64,000 nucleotides of DNA from Dehalococcoidia bacterium (GTDB lineage: Bacteria; Chloroflexota; Dehalococcoidia; Bin125), in NCBI GenBank assembly GCA_965221705.1, contig OZ244908.1, positions 2,166,354 through 2,230,353 on the forward strand, in the 5' to 3' direction. Of this stretch, positions 16,504-26,027 are shown piece after piece. Position numbers and translations under genes: made by a program. Each line of letters begins with the position of its first letter. Positions within the stretch are counted from its first letter, which is position 1. The notes below the pieces were generated by a model that saw nothing but the letters and a program-made list of their open reading frames with translations, made no database searches and had not been told where the DNA came from.

Positions 16504-18732
16504 GTGGCGTCAGCGACCATCGATCCGACAGATCCACTGCTCGCCGCGCTCCGCCAGTACTTTGGTCACGACGCGTTCCGGCCGCAACAGCGAGAGGTGA
16601 TCGAGCACGTTCAGTCTCACGGCGACGCGCTCGTGCTGATGCCGACCGGCGGCGGTAAATCGCTCTGCTACCAGCTGCCCGCAATCCTCTCCGACGGACT
16701 CACCCTCGTTGTCTCGCCGCTGATCGCCCTGATGCACGACCAGGTGCAGGCGCTGCAACGCGCCGGCGCGAACGCCCGAAGCATCAACAGCGCCATGTCG
16801 CCCCATGAACTGTCCGATGTCGAACGTGATGTTGTGAGCGGCGCGGTGCGACTCCTTTACGTCGCGCCCGAGAGGGTCAACACCGAGCGCTTCCGTCGAC
16901 TGCTCGAGCGTCAGCCGCCCAGTCTGATCGCGATCGACGAGGCGCACTGCATCTCTGAGTGGGGACACGAGTTTCGCCCCGACTATCGCGAGCTGCGCAA
17001 GCTGACCGAGCGGTTCGTCGATGTACCCACCGTCGCCTGCACGGCGACAGCCACACCGCAGGTACAGCGCGACATTGTTCAGCAACTCGATCGTCCGCGG
17101 ATGCAGACCTTCAGCACCGGCTTCATGCGCGACAATCTCACCTTGCGCATCCTGCCCAAGCGAAAAGCCATCGATGTATTGGCTGAACGACTGCTGCGAG
17201 TGCGCAACGGCGCGGCGATCGTCTACAGCTTGTCGCGACGCAGCACTGAGAGACACGCCGAACAGCTACGTGACCGAGGCATTTCGGCCGCGCACTATCA
17301 CGCAGGGATGAACGGCGCTGAGCGTCACAGCGTGCAAGACCGTTTTCTCGCCGGCGAGACTGCGGTGGTCTGCGCCACCATCGCGTTCGGAATGGGTATC
17401 GACAAGCCTGATGTCCGACTCGTCGCGCATTTGGACATGCCATCGTCGATCGAGTCGTACTACCAAGAGATCGGCCGTGCCGGTCGAGATGGCGAGCCAT
17501 CGGAGTGTTTGCTCTTCTACACCAAAGGCGTCTGGCATCGGCAAAAGCACTTCATCGACCAACTCACCGACGAGACGGAGCGTCAGGCCCGCATACAACG
17601 CTTACGTACAATGATGAACTTCTGCGAACAGTCATCATGCCGCTGGGCGCGAATTCTGAACTACTTCGGCGACAGTCCCACGTGGGGCACTTGTAGTCAT
17701 TGCGATAACTGCAACGGTGAACAAGGCCTGATCCCGCAAGACATCGCTGCAGTTGTCGTCAATCCCGACGATCCTCCTCAACCGCCTGGACAATCAACGC
17801 CACCAGACTCAGATGGCATCGACAATGAACTGTACGAGGCGCTTCGGGATGCGCGATTCAAGCTCGCTCAGCGCGATGACGTGCCAGCGTTTGTCGTCGC
17901 GAGCAACCGCGAACTCTCCGACATCGCGACGGTGCGACCAGGCACGCCTCAAGAGTTACGCGAGATCAAAGGGTTCCGGGACCGCAAGATCGCGCGCTAC
18001 GGAGCTGAACTGTTAAGCGTCGTCGCGCAGTTCAGCGACGTCTCGCAGGATCGAGCCGCTGCGGAGGAATCGCAACCCATGCCGGTGGCATCACGGAAGG
18101 ACACTGATGAACCATCGGGCGACGCGCCGCTCAGTTGGCAGCAGCGATTCAACGCGCTCGCCGAGTGGCGAACACTGACGAGTAACCAGGAGTCGTGCGA
18201 CCCGTCCGATCTCCTGACCTTCGAAGCGATGCGCGCGCTCGCGCAATCGGTCCCGCCGACGGTCGACGCGCTGGCTCGCGTCGACGGTGTCGGCTCGCTG
18301 GCGGTCGAGCGGTACTGGCGCGAGCTGAGCGCCATCCTCGAGATCTCTGAAGCGCCTGTTGCGCAACCTGTTGAGAAACAGGCCGAACCGAGCCCCAGCA
18401 CGCCAGCGGGAGACACGCAACAGAGCTGGGAGACCACGCTGAACCTGTTTCAGTCGGGACACTCGCTGCTCGCGATCGCCGAGCGGCGGATGCTCTCGCC
18501 CGCCACCGTCGCGTCCCACTTGGTCACCGCGATGCGAAACGGAGTCAGTGTCGACCTCGAGCCGGCCTTGCCGCCCCAACCTCACATCGCGCGAGTGCGT
18601 CGTCTCCTCGACGTCGAGCCTGAGATCACCGTCGGCGACTTGCACGAGCGCATCGGTCTACGCCTGTCGCGGGCCGAACTGCGACTCGTCATCGCCTGGC
18701 TCACCGGTAGTCCCAACTCAACTCACGACTAG
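16504..18732 (+). CDS. recQ: ATP-dependent DNA helicase RecQ
   Basis: 742 aa; GTG start; FRPQQREVIEHV, LVLMPTGGGKSLCYQLPA (motif I), DEAHCISEWGHEFR (DExH), Zn-binding CxxC cluster, HRDC-like C-terminus. Confidence 0.9.
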   Translation: MASATIDPTDPLLAALRQYFGHDAFRPQQREVIEHVQSHGDALVLMPTGGGKSLCYQLPAILSDGLTLVVSPLIALMHDQVQALQRAGANARSINSAMSPHELSDVERDVVSGAVRLLYVAPERVNTERFRRLLERQPPSLIAIDEAHCISEWGHEFRPDYRELRKLTERFVDVPTVACTATATPQVQRDIVQQLDRPRMQTFSTGFMRDNLTLRILPKRKAIDVLAERLLRVRNGAAIVYSLSRRSTERHAEQLRDRGISAAHYHAGMNGAERHSVQDRFLAGETAVVCATIAFGMGIDKPDVRLVAHLDMPSSIESYYQEIGRAGRDGEPSECLLFYTKGVWHRQKHFIDQLTDETERQARIQRLRTMMNFCEQSSCRWARILNYFGDSPTWGTCSHCDNCNGEQGLIPQDIAAVVVNPDDPPQPPGQSTPPDSDGIDNELYEALRDARFKLAQRDDVPAFVVASNRELSDIATVRPGTPQELREIKGFRDRKIARYGAELLSVVAQFSDVSQDRAAAEESQPMPVASRKDTDEPSGDAPLSWQQRFNALAEWRTLTSNQESCDPSDLLTFEAMRALAQSVPPTVDALARVDGVGSLAVERYWRELSAILEISEAPVAQPVEKQAEPSPSTPAGDTQQSWETTLNLFQSGHSLLAIAERRMLSPATVASHLVTAMRNGVSVDLEPALPPQPHIARVRRLLDVEPEITVGDLHERIGLRLSRAELRLVIAWLTGSPNSTHD

Positions 18733-21700
18733 TCGCCTGCGGCCTCCGCGCCGCCGAGCTCCGCTTCAGGAACGCCATCGAGCAGCGTCAACCTCGCGCC
18801 GAGACGCGCGGGCACCTTCTGTCCCGGCAGGAGAATGCCGACCAGGTTGCACGGGTCGCTGGCGGCGATCGTGACGCGCTCGCCGTTTGACTCCGAGCGG
18901 CGCACGGCGCGCAGTTGGTCGAGCGCGGCGGGCAGCGCGAATTGCTCGCCCAACAGTCCCTGGATGAATCGACCTCCGCGAATCTCGCCGCGCGCCTCGA
19001 GGCGACGCAGCGATCGCAGGACGTCGCGCCACTGGATCGTCAGACTCTCGCGCGTCGCCAGCTCGCGCGACACGACGCCGTATCGCTGAAGCAGAATCTG
19101 AGCGATGCGCTCAGCCAGCTCGTCAGCCTCGACCGGGTCGGCGGGACCATCGACCGACGGCGGCAACGAAGCCCAGCGGCCGGCCGGACCCTCGCCGATG
19201 AACACGCCGCCACCGCCATAGCGCGGACGCCGCGACCGTCGAGACGGGCGAATCAGCTGTCGCAGACCTTGAAATCCGTCTGCGTGGGCGAGACCGCAAG
19301 CGACCAGCTCACGCAGGCCGCTCTCGACATCGGTAGCGAGACGACGCGTGCCGTCGACCAACTCGTCAAAGAACAACGCGCCGCGCTCGTCCAGCTGCCG
19401 CAGAATCTGACTCGCCGCGCCGCCCTCAGCGTGCAGCTGATCGGCGACGTCGGGCGTAGGCTCAGGCGCGGAACGTCCGCGAGCTGCCGGCGGCGGCGCC
19501 GGACGGCGCACGGCGCTGAGCAGGGCGCGAAAGTCGCGCCGCAATGCCAGCGCGATCGGCGTCGACTTGGTCGGAGCGCGCCGCGCAGAACGCGGCGTCA
19601 AGCGAGCCCAGGCGATCTCGCCCGCCAGACAGAGCTCGTCCAGCCAAGCTTCGCGATAGTCCGACACGCGCGATGCAATCAGATCCCGCTCCCACGACGC
19701 CGCCGGCGCTTCAAACCCCTGCAGCTGCTCGATCGCCGCGCGCACGCCCGCCTTGCCCGACAAACGTGTGTCAGGCGCCAGATGCTGCCAGCGCAACAGG
19801 AAGCGCAGATAGTGCTGCACGGTGACCGGCTCAATCTCGGCTCGCAGCCGAGCAATCGTGTAGCGATGGATACGCGCCAACAGTCGGCGATCGCAGTACT
19901 CCTCGGCGTCGTCGACTGAGGTCGGCGCCAGCGGCGGCGTGAAACTGCCGCGCATCACCTCGCCGTACGCCTCAAGCTGAGCCAGGCCATAGCCGCAGTC
20001 CTGCGGCGACAGGCCGCAGCGCTCGGCCAGTTGCTCGGCGGTGATCGGTCCCGCGATCTCCATGTGTCCTCGAGCCAGCTTCAGCCGCGCATCCTCGCGA
20101 TCGTCAGGCAGGATCAACGCGGACTCCGGCACTTTGAAACTCGGGTCAACGGCATGATCAGGAAACAACTGACGGATCGACTCCAGCTGCTCAGCCGCAA
20201 ACCAGACGGCGCCATCCGGCCCCTCGGCCCGCGCGGCGCGACCCTGGGACTGGAGCTCAGCGAGCATCTCGCCAATCTCGCGCTTGTCCAAGGTCGGAGC
20301 TACCGCCGCCAACCGACCCTCCGCCGACTCGCGCCACGCGACCACCGAGAGCAAGAGCTCGTGCAGCTCCTCAGCGTCGCGGATCGGCGGGAACGCTTCC
20401 TCGCGAACCCGCTCAATCGCGTCAACATCGAGCTGCCCGAGGTCGCGTTGCTCGTTCGGAAGCGTCCGTCGAGTCATCACCGCGCGCGCTCGGCGTTCCT
20501 CGAGCGGCGCATCGTCGAGAAATCCGAACGGATTGATGTTGATGATGCTCTGCGCCATCGCCGACGGCGTCACGGTGTCGCGAGCATGCAGTCGAACCTC
20601 ACCGCGCTCGATCCGCCGCAGCACGTCGATCAATGCGTCCGTGTCGACCGCTTCGTGCAGACAGTCGTCCATCGTCTGCGCGATCAGCGGATGGTCAGGC
20701 ACCTCGAGCGGTCCAGCCAGATTCTCCTGACAACCGACCTGCGCAGGAAACACGGCTGCCAACAGGTCGTCGGCGATCATCCGTTGCAGATAGGGCGGCA
20801 CTTCTTTGCCCGCTCGACGTCTGGGCACGGCCAGTGCGCGCGTCGCCGCCCAGCGCCAACGCGTGTTCCAGAATGGCGCGTACAGCACGGCTTGGCGCAA
20901 CGACTGCTCCGCATTGTCCGCCTTGAGATATTCAAACGCCTCCTCGAGCGGAAACGACTGCGTCGGCCCGAGCGAGAGCAGAATGCCCTCTTCGTTGGCC
21001 GCAGCCTGCAGCTCAAAGTCGAACCGGACGCAGAACCGCTTGCGCAACGCCAGCCCCCAGGCGCGGTTGACTCCCGATCCGAACGGAGCGTGGACGACCA
21101 GCTGCTGACCGCCCGCCTCGTCGAAAAATCGTTCGAAGACGACATCAGTATCCGACGGCATCACCTGCAGCGCCTCTTGCGTCTCCGCCAGATACTCGAC
21201 CATCTGCTCGGCGGCGATCGCCTGCATGTGGCACTCGCGTTGTAGCCGACGCGCCGCCGACTCCGCGTCGTCGCTCAGCGCCCCAATATCGCGGCGAAGT
21301 TCACCGACCGCGGCCGACAGCTCGACGCTGCGGCCCGGCGCCTCGCCCAACCAGAACGGGATCGTCGGTGGAGCGCCGTGCGCATCCTCGACCCGCACGA
21401 TGCCCTTGTTTTCGACGCGCCGTATTCGCCACGAAGTGCTGCCCAACAGAAAAATGTCGCCGGCTGCGGTCTCTATGGCAAAGTCCTCGTTGACCGTGCC
21501 GATAAACGCTCCTTCGGGCTCCTTGATCACGCGGTAGTCGCCCGTCTCGGGGATCGTCCCGCCATTGAGAATCGCCGTCATCCGCGCCGCCCGACGCGGT
21601 CGCACAACTCCATTGATGCGGTCTCGATGGATCAACGGCTGCGAACGCCCGCCGCCCTCGCCGACGCCCGTCGCAAGCATTTCAACCGTCTCGTCAAATG

Positions 21701-23078
21701 CAGTGCGCGCGAGCTCGCCATACGGCGCCGCGCGACGCATGAGTTGATAGAGCTCGTCCTCCGGCCACTCCTCGTCTGAGGCGGCCTCGGCCACGATCTG
21801 CTGAGCCAGAATCTCGATCGGCGCCGTCGGCTGGCAGATGCGGTCGAGATCGCCGCGTTCAACCGCCCTCACCATCGCCGCGCACTCGACCAGTTCGTCA
21901 AGCGACGTCGGAAACAACGCGCCGTGCGGCACCAGACCAAGCGCATGCCCCGATCGGCCAACGCGCTGTAGAAAGGTCGCAATCCGACGCGGCGAACCGA
22001 TCTGGCAAACCAAATCGACCGATCCGATGTCAATGCCAAGTTCCAGCGACGCCGTCGCCACCACCGCCTTGAGCTCGCCCGACTTGAGCCGCTGCTCCAT
22101 CACGTGCCGACGCTCCTTAGAGAGCGAGCCATGATGTCCGGAGACATGCTCTTTGCCCACGCGAATGCCGAGCTCGTGCGCGACGCGCTCGGCCAACGAT
22201 CGGCGATTGACGAAGATCAGTGTCGTCCGATGCTGAACGATCAGTTCCGCAAGGCGGTCGTAGACCGCGCCCCAGTGCTCATGCGTGGCTAGCGCCTGCA
22301 AAGGCGCATCAGTGGTCTCAATCCACAGCTTCAGCTCACGTCGATGCCCCAGATCGAGAATGCGGCAAGGCAGCGGCCGCGCCTCGTCGTCAAGCCCGGT
22401 CAGAAAGGCCGCGATCTCCGACATCGGCTTCTGCGTCGCCGAGAGCCCAATCCGCGTCGGTCGACGTTCGGCCACATGGTCGAGTCGAGCCAATGTCAGC
22501 GCCAAATGAGAGCCGCGCTTGTCTCTCACGACGGCGTGGATCTCGTCCAAAATCACAGTGCGCACGGTGCGCAATACCTCGCGCGACTGCTTCGCCGTCA
22601 GCATCAGATACAACGACTCCGGTGTCGTGATTAGGATCTGCGGCGGACGCTTGACGATCGCGCGTCGCTCTGCCTGCGTTGTATCGCCAGTCCGCAGACC
22701 CATGCGAATCCGCGGCAGCGCAACGCCACGCTCCTCAGCCAACTGACGGATGCCAGTCAAGGGCTCCTCAAGATTGCGGCGAATGTCGTTCGACAACGCC
22801 TTCAGCGGCGAGACGTACAGTATCCGCACCTCATCGGGCAATTCCTCGCGCTCGCCCTCGCGGATCAGCTCATCGATCCCGGCCAGAAAGGCGGTCAACG
22901 TCTTGCCCGAGCCGGTCGGCGCCGCGATCAGACAGTCCGCGCCCTCGCGGATCGCCGGCCAGCCATCCTGCTGGGCGAACGTCGGGTCGCCGAAGCGCTC
23001 GCGGAACCAATCCCGCACAATCGGATGAAACTGCTCCAGCGCATCCGCCGACCCAGTGGCAGCAACAGTCTGGCTCAT
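18729..23078 (-). CDS. lhr: Lhr-family ATP-dependent DNA helicase (large helicase-related protein)
   Basis: 1449 aa; N-terminal DEAD/DEAH helicase core (LIAAPTGSGKTLTAF, ILDEIH), long Lhr-type C-terminal extension; 4-bp convergent overlap with recQ. Confidence 0.9.
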   Translation of the reverse strand: MSQTVAATGSADALEQFHPIVRDWFRERFGDPTFAQQDGWPAIREGADCLIAAPTGSGKTLTAFLAGIDELIREGEREELPDEVRILYVSPLKALSNDIRRNLEEPLTGIRQLAEERGVALPRIRMGLRTGDTTQAERRAIVKRPPQILITTPESLYLMLTAKQSREVLRTVRTVILDEIHAVVRDKRGSHLALTLARLDHVAERRPTRIGLSATQKPMSEIAAFLTGLDDEARPLPCRILDLGHRRELKLWIETTDAPLQALATHEHWGAVYDRLAELIVQHRTTLIFVNRRSLAERVAHELGIRVGKEHVSGHHGSLSKERRHVMEQRLKSGELKAVVATASLELGIDIGSVDLVCQIGSPRRIATFLQRVGRSGHALGLVPHGALFPTSLDELVECAAMVRAVERGDLDRICQPTAPIEILAQQIVAEAASDEEWPEDELYQLMRRAAPYGELARTAFDETVEMLATGVGEGGGRSQPLIHRDRINGVVRPRRAARMTAILNGGTIPETGDYRVIKEPEGAFIGTVNEDFAIETAAGDIFLLGSTSWRIRRVENKGIVRVEDAHGAPPTIPFWLGEAPGRSVELSAAVGELRRDIGALSDDAESAARRLQRECHMQAIAAEQMVEYLAETQEALQVMPSDTDVVFERFFDEAGGQQLVVHAPFGSGVNRAWGLALRKRFCVRFDFELQAAANEEGILLSLGPTQSFPLEEAFEYLKADNAEQSLRQAVLYAPFWNTRWRWAATRALAVPRRRAGKEVPPYLQRMIADDLLAAVFPAQVGCQENLAGPLEVPDHPLIAQTMDDCLHEAVDTDALIDVLRRIERGEVRLHARDTVTPSAMAQSIININPFGFLDDAPLEERRARAVMTRRTLPNEQRDLGQLDVDAIERVREEAFPPIRDAEELHELLLSVVAWRESAEGRLAAVAPTLDKREIGEMLAELQSQGRAARAEGPDGAVWFAAEQLESIRQLFPDHAVDPSFKVPESALILPDDREDARLKLARGHMEIAGPITAEQLAERCGLSPQDCGYGLAQLEAYGEVMRGSFTPPLAPTSVDDAEEYCDRRLLARIHRYTIARLRAEIEPVTVQHYLRFLLRWQHLAPDTRLSGKAGVRAAIEQLQGFEAPAASWERDLIASRVSDYREAWLDELCLAGEIAWARLTPRSARRAPTKSTPIALALRRDFRALLSAVRRPAPPPAARGRSAPEPTPDVADQLHAEGGAASQILRQLDERGALFFDELVDGTRRLATDVESGLRELVACGLAHADGFQGLRQLIRPSRRSRRPRYGGGGVFIGEGPAGRWASLPPSVDGPADPVEADELAERIAQILLQRYGVVSRELATRESLTIQWRDVLRSLRRLEARGEIRGGRFIQGLLGEQFALPAALDQLRAVRRSESNGERVTIAASDPCNLVGILLPGQKVPARLGARLTLLDGVPEAELGGAEAAGD

Positions 23079-23176
23079 ATGTTCCGCATGGTAGCGCGAG
23101 CCGCCACACTCCGTGGCGACGACTTCGTACTCGTTTACCCTGACCTCAATCTGAAGCTTGGTCTGCGGACGCGCAA

Positions 23177-24505
23177 TTGGAGCGACACATGTCGACTAAT
23201 GGAACCATCAACTGGCAATCCGCTTTTGATGAAGCGCTGGACTACTTCATCAAGTACCTGCAGATCGACACCTCCAACCCTCCAGGCAACGAGAAGCCGG
23301 CCGCTCGCTGGCTCGGCGCCATCCTCGAGGACGCCGGAATGGAGGTCGAGTACGTGGAAATCCAGCCCAACCGCGAAGCCGTTTTCTCCTGGCTGCGCGG
23401 CGACGGCTCTAAGCGCGCCATGATGCTCTGCAATCACACCGACGTCGTGCCGGTCGAGGAGGCGTACTGGACCAAACCCGCCTTCTCGGGCTTGATCGAG
23501 GACGGCAAGGTGTACGGACGCGGCGCGGTCGATATGAAGGGCTGCGGGATCATGCATCTGATGACGATGCTGCTGCTCAAGCGTCACAACGTGCCGCTCA
23601 AGCGCGACCTCGTCTTCTGCGGCGTGCCCGACGAAGAGGCGGGCTCGGTCTGGGGCATGGAGTGGCTCTGCAAGAACCGCCCTGACCTCGTCGATGTGGA
23701 GTTTGAACTCTCCGAAGGCGGCTCGGGCAGCACGCAGCTGATGGGCCAGGACGCGACCATTTTCTCCGTCGCGACCAACGAGAAAGACATCTGCTGGCTC
23801 AAGCTCACCTCCGTCGGCACGCCCGGGCATGGCTCTCGACCGCACTATGACAACTCAGCCGTGCATCTCGTCAATGCGCTCTCCAAGCTCGCCGCCTGGG
23901 AGCGCCCCGTCACGATCACTCCATCGACTCAGGTCTGGCTCGACCGCCTGATCGAGGAAGGGCACATCCCTCCAGTCAAAGACGCCGACGAGTTGGCCGA
24001 GCTGGTCACCGACCATCCCTTCGTCCACGCCATGTTCATCAACACGCTCAACGTCACCATGGTCAACAGCGGCATCAAAGCCAACGTGATCCCCGCCAAG
24101 TCTGAGGCGGTGATCGACTGTCGCTTACTGCCCGGACAGGACCGCGAGGACTGGCGACAACAAGTGATCGGCGTCATCGACGACGACCGGATCGAGGTTG
24201 AGTTCTCAGGATGGGATCAGGACCAACCGGTTGAGGTCGACTGGGACACCGAACTCTACCGCACTATTGAGTCCGTGGTCAACGAAGCGGTCGAGGACGC
24301 CACGGTCGTGCCGTCGACCTGCGTTGGCGGAACGGACAACCGCTTCCTGCGCCAGCAGGGCATTCCCGCCTATGGATTCATCCCGGTGCTGCTCAGCGCC
24401 GATGAGGCGTCAGGCTTCCACGGCAACGACGAGCACATGACGATCGAAAACCTCAACATGGGCGTCGAGCTGACCTACGAGATCGTCCGCCGCATGGTGA
24501 CGTGA
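23177..24505 (+). CDS. M20 family metallopeptidase (ArgE/DapE/CPG2-like dipeptidase)
   Basis: 442 aa; CNHTDVVPV...GRGAVDMKG metal-binding motifs. Confidence 0.8.
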   Translation: MERHMSTNGTINWQSAFDEALDYFIKYLQIDTSNPPGNEKPAARWLGAILEDAGMEVEYVEIQPNREAVFSWLRGDGSKRAMMLCNHTDVVPVEEAYWTKPAFSGLIEDGKVYGRGAVDMKGCGIMHLMTMLLLKRHNVPLKRDLVFCGVPDEEAGSVWGMEWLCKNRPDLVDVEFELSEGGSGSTQLMGQDATIFSVATNEKDICWLKLTSVGTPGHGSRPHYDNSAVHLVNALSKLAAWERPVTITPSTQVWLDRLIEEGHIPPVKDADELAELVTDHPFVHAMFINTLNVTMVNSGIKANVIPAKSEAVIDCRLLPGQDREDWRQQVIGVIDDDRIEVEFSGWDQDQPVEVDWDTELYRTIESVVNEAVEDATVVPSTCVGGTDNRFLRQQGIPAYGFIPVLLSADEASGFHGNDEHMTIENLNMGVELTYEIVRRMVT

Positions 24506-24573
24506 GCGCCGCCGCCGGATCGTCCGCGCCAAGAATCAGTAACCATATCGCCTGATAATCCCCGCAACTCGCT

Positions 24574-24582
24574 TGATAGAAT
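24574..24582 (+). promoter_or_regulatory. putative extended -10 promoter element (tgaTAGAAT) about 40 bp upstream of the small-membrane-protein gene pair
   Basis: matches TGnTATAAT with one mismatch; located in AT-richer leader. Confidence 0.3.
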
Positions 24583-24624
24583 GCGCTGTGCCAGCTCCGT
24601 GCCAGCTCGGAAAGGCGGACTGTT

Positions 24625-24870
24625 GTGGATGTCGTGATTCTGATCTTCTTGGTCGTTTGGCTCGCCTTTGGGTTCTTCGGCTATAGGATTTTGAAGGGAA
24701 AGGGGAGGAGCGGATTTGGCGGTTTCTTGCTCGGAATGGTGCTTGGGATTTTTGGCCTGATTCTTGCCCTTCTAATGCGACCTTCAACAGAAGCAGAAGC
24801 CATGAGGCAGATGGAGATTGAAGTCAAGAAGCGGGAGGCTATGGAGAGGGCAGAGCGAGGCCAATCATGA
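24625..24870 (+). CDS. small membrane protein (2 predicted TM helices, Gly-rich), hypothetical
   Basis: 81 aa; ILIFLVVWLAFGFFGY ... GFLLGMVLGIFGLILALLM; low-GC islet; charged C-terminal tail. Confidence 0.5.
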   Translation: MDVVILIFLVVWLAFGFFGYRILKGKGRSGFGGFLLGMVLGIFGLILALLMRPSTEAEAMRQMEIEVKKREAMERAERGQS

Positions 24871-25283
24871 GCACGATTGGCAACCTCTTCGTCGGCATAC
24901 TCGCGTTGATTGGCGTCGCGATTCTCGCGACCGGAGCAGTCGAAGGCTCCTCAGGGGGCATTATCGCTGGCTGCTTTTGGCTTGGATTCTCCGCCGTCGT
25001 CTGGTTGATCGGATTCAGGAAAGACAAAGCTGACGAAGCCAAAGATGCGATAGCTCGCAGATTCTCGGAGATCCAAGCTGACCGTAGAGGACAACAGAGC
25101 ACTACCTATGAAGTCATTGACGCTATCCCTTCAGACAAAGACCGACGGCAAGAACTGATGGAGAAGAAGAGGGATCTCTTGCTCGAGGAAGAACTTGAGG
25201 ACGAGATTCAAGAGCTCGAAGAGCGTCGGCGCAACCGTAGGCTCAGGCGTGGCGAGGATCGCAGGCGTCTAGGCAGCGGCTAG
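24867..25283 (+). CDS. small membrane protein (2 TM helices plus highly charged coiled-coil-like C-terminal tail), hypothetical
   Basis: 138 aa; ATGA overlap with preceding ORF; LFVGILALIGVAILATGAV ... FWLGFSAVVWLIGF then E/R/K-rich tail. Confidence 0.5.
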   Translation: MSTIGNLFVGILALIGVAILATGAVEGSSGGIIAGCFWLGFSAVVWLIGFRKDKADEAKDAIARRFSEIQADRRGQQSTTYEVIDAIPSDKDRRQELMEKKRDLLLEEELEDEIQELEERRRNRRLRRGEDRRRLGSG

Positions 25284-25306
25284 CGCCGCCGCCGGACCGC
25301 CCGCGC

Positions 25307-25993
25307 CTACTGCATCTTCGAGTAAGGCAGCGGGTTGAGGAAGTAGACCGACTCCTCGGGCGCGTGCTTCCGCAGTGGGCCGATCACGTCAGCGAGCGGA
25401 TCGCCGGCGCGATACGGCAGCATCGGCGCTACGCCGTGCGGCATGATCCACAGATCAGTCAGCTCGCCTGAGCGACCTGTGCTCGACGCATATGCCGTCG
25501 CCAACTGCATCGCGCCTGCGCCGTCGAGCGTGTCGACCAGTTTGCCAATGGTCTCGATTGCGGGCAGGACGCCCCCTGTTGCCGTCTCCAGGACGGCGAG
25601 CAGGTACTGTCGCGGCTCGTCGGGCGATGCGTTCAGCGCCGCCTCAAGGCGTTCCTCGGTCCCATACGAGACGGGCACGGCGAACTTTGTCACCTCTTCA
25701 ATCTCAATCTCACCGCGCAGCTTCTCAACCGCCGACCACAGAGCGCGATCTTTCGCCAATGAGCCCAAAGCCCGCTCGGCGTGCGCCATGTCCTCGTATC
25801 GATGCAGCGAAATGTCCCAGCCCATTTCGCCGCCCGTCATCTTCCAGGCGCCGAACAGATCGATGCCGTGACGTTCAGTCGCCGGGACGACCGTCTCGGC
25901 GTAGAAGTCGACGAACAGGTCGAACGCCGTGTTGGTCAACGGCTTGATGCGGTGGCGAACCTCGAGAAAGACGGTCATGCTGCTTCCATTCAA
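25307..25993 (-). CDS. NIPSNAP family protein (tandem dimeric alpha/beta-barrel domains)
   Basis: 228 aa; two ~100 aa repeats with NIPSNAP-like pattern (FLEVRHRIKP...DLFGAWKMTGGEMG...ISLHRYEDMA). Confidence 0.55.
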   Translation of the reverse strand: MNGSSMTVFLEVRHRIKPLTNTAFDLFVDFYAETVVPATERHGIDLFGAWKMTGGEMGWDISLHRYEDMAHAERALGSLAKDRALWSAVEKLRGEIEIEEVTKFAVPVSYGTEERLEAALNASPDEPRQYLLAVLETATGGVLPAIETIGKLVDTLDGAGAMQLATAYASSTGRSGELTDLWIMPHGVAPMLPYRAGDPLADVIGPLRKHAPEESVYFLNPLPYSKMQ

Positions 25994-26027
25994 CTCGTGA
26001 TCTGGTCGCTCGCAGGCTACCGATTCG

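Noticed and set aside
18915-21245. Plus-strand ORFs of 334 and 404 aa inside the lhr gene
   Set aside because: These are antisense to a 1449 aa helicase with conserved motifs throughout, and their translations are low complexity.
23079-23176. Looked for a RecA-NDp / PafBC-type damage-response promoter upstream of lhr
   Set aside because: I could not identify a convincing tGTCagtg-N8-TAnnnT match by eye on either strand, so it is not reported as a feature.
23135-23845. 236-aa minus-strand ORF overlapping the M20 peptidase
   Set aside because: Antisense shadow. The plus-strand frame carries the M20 metal-binding motifs.
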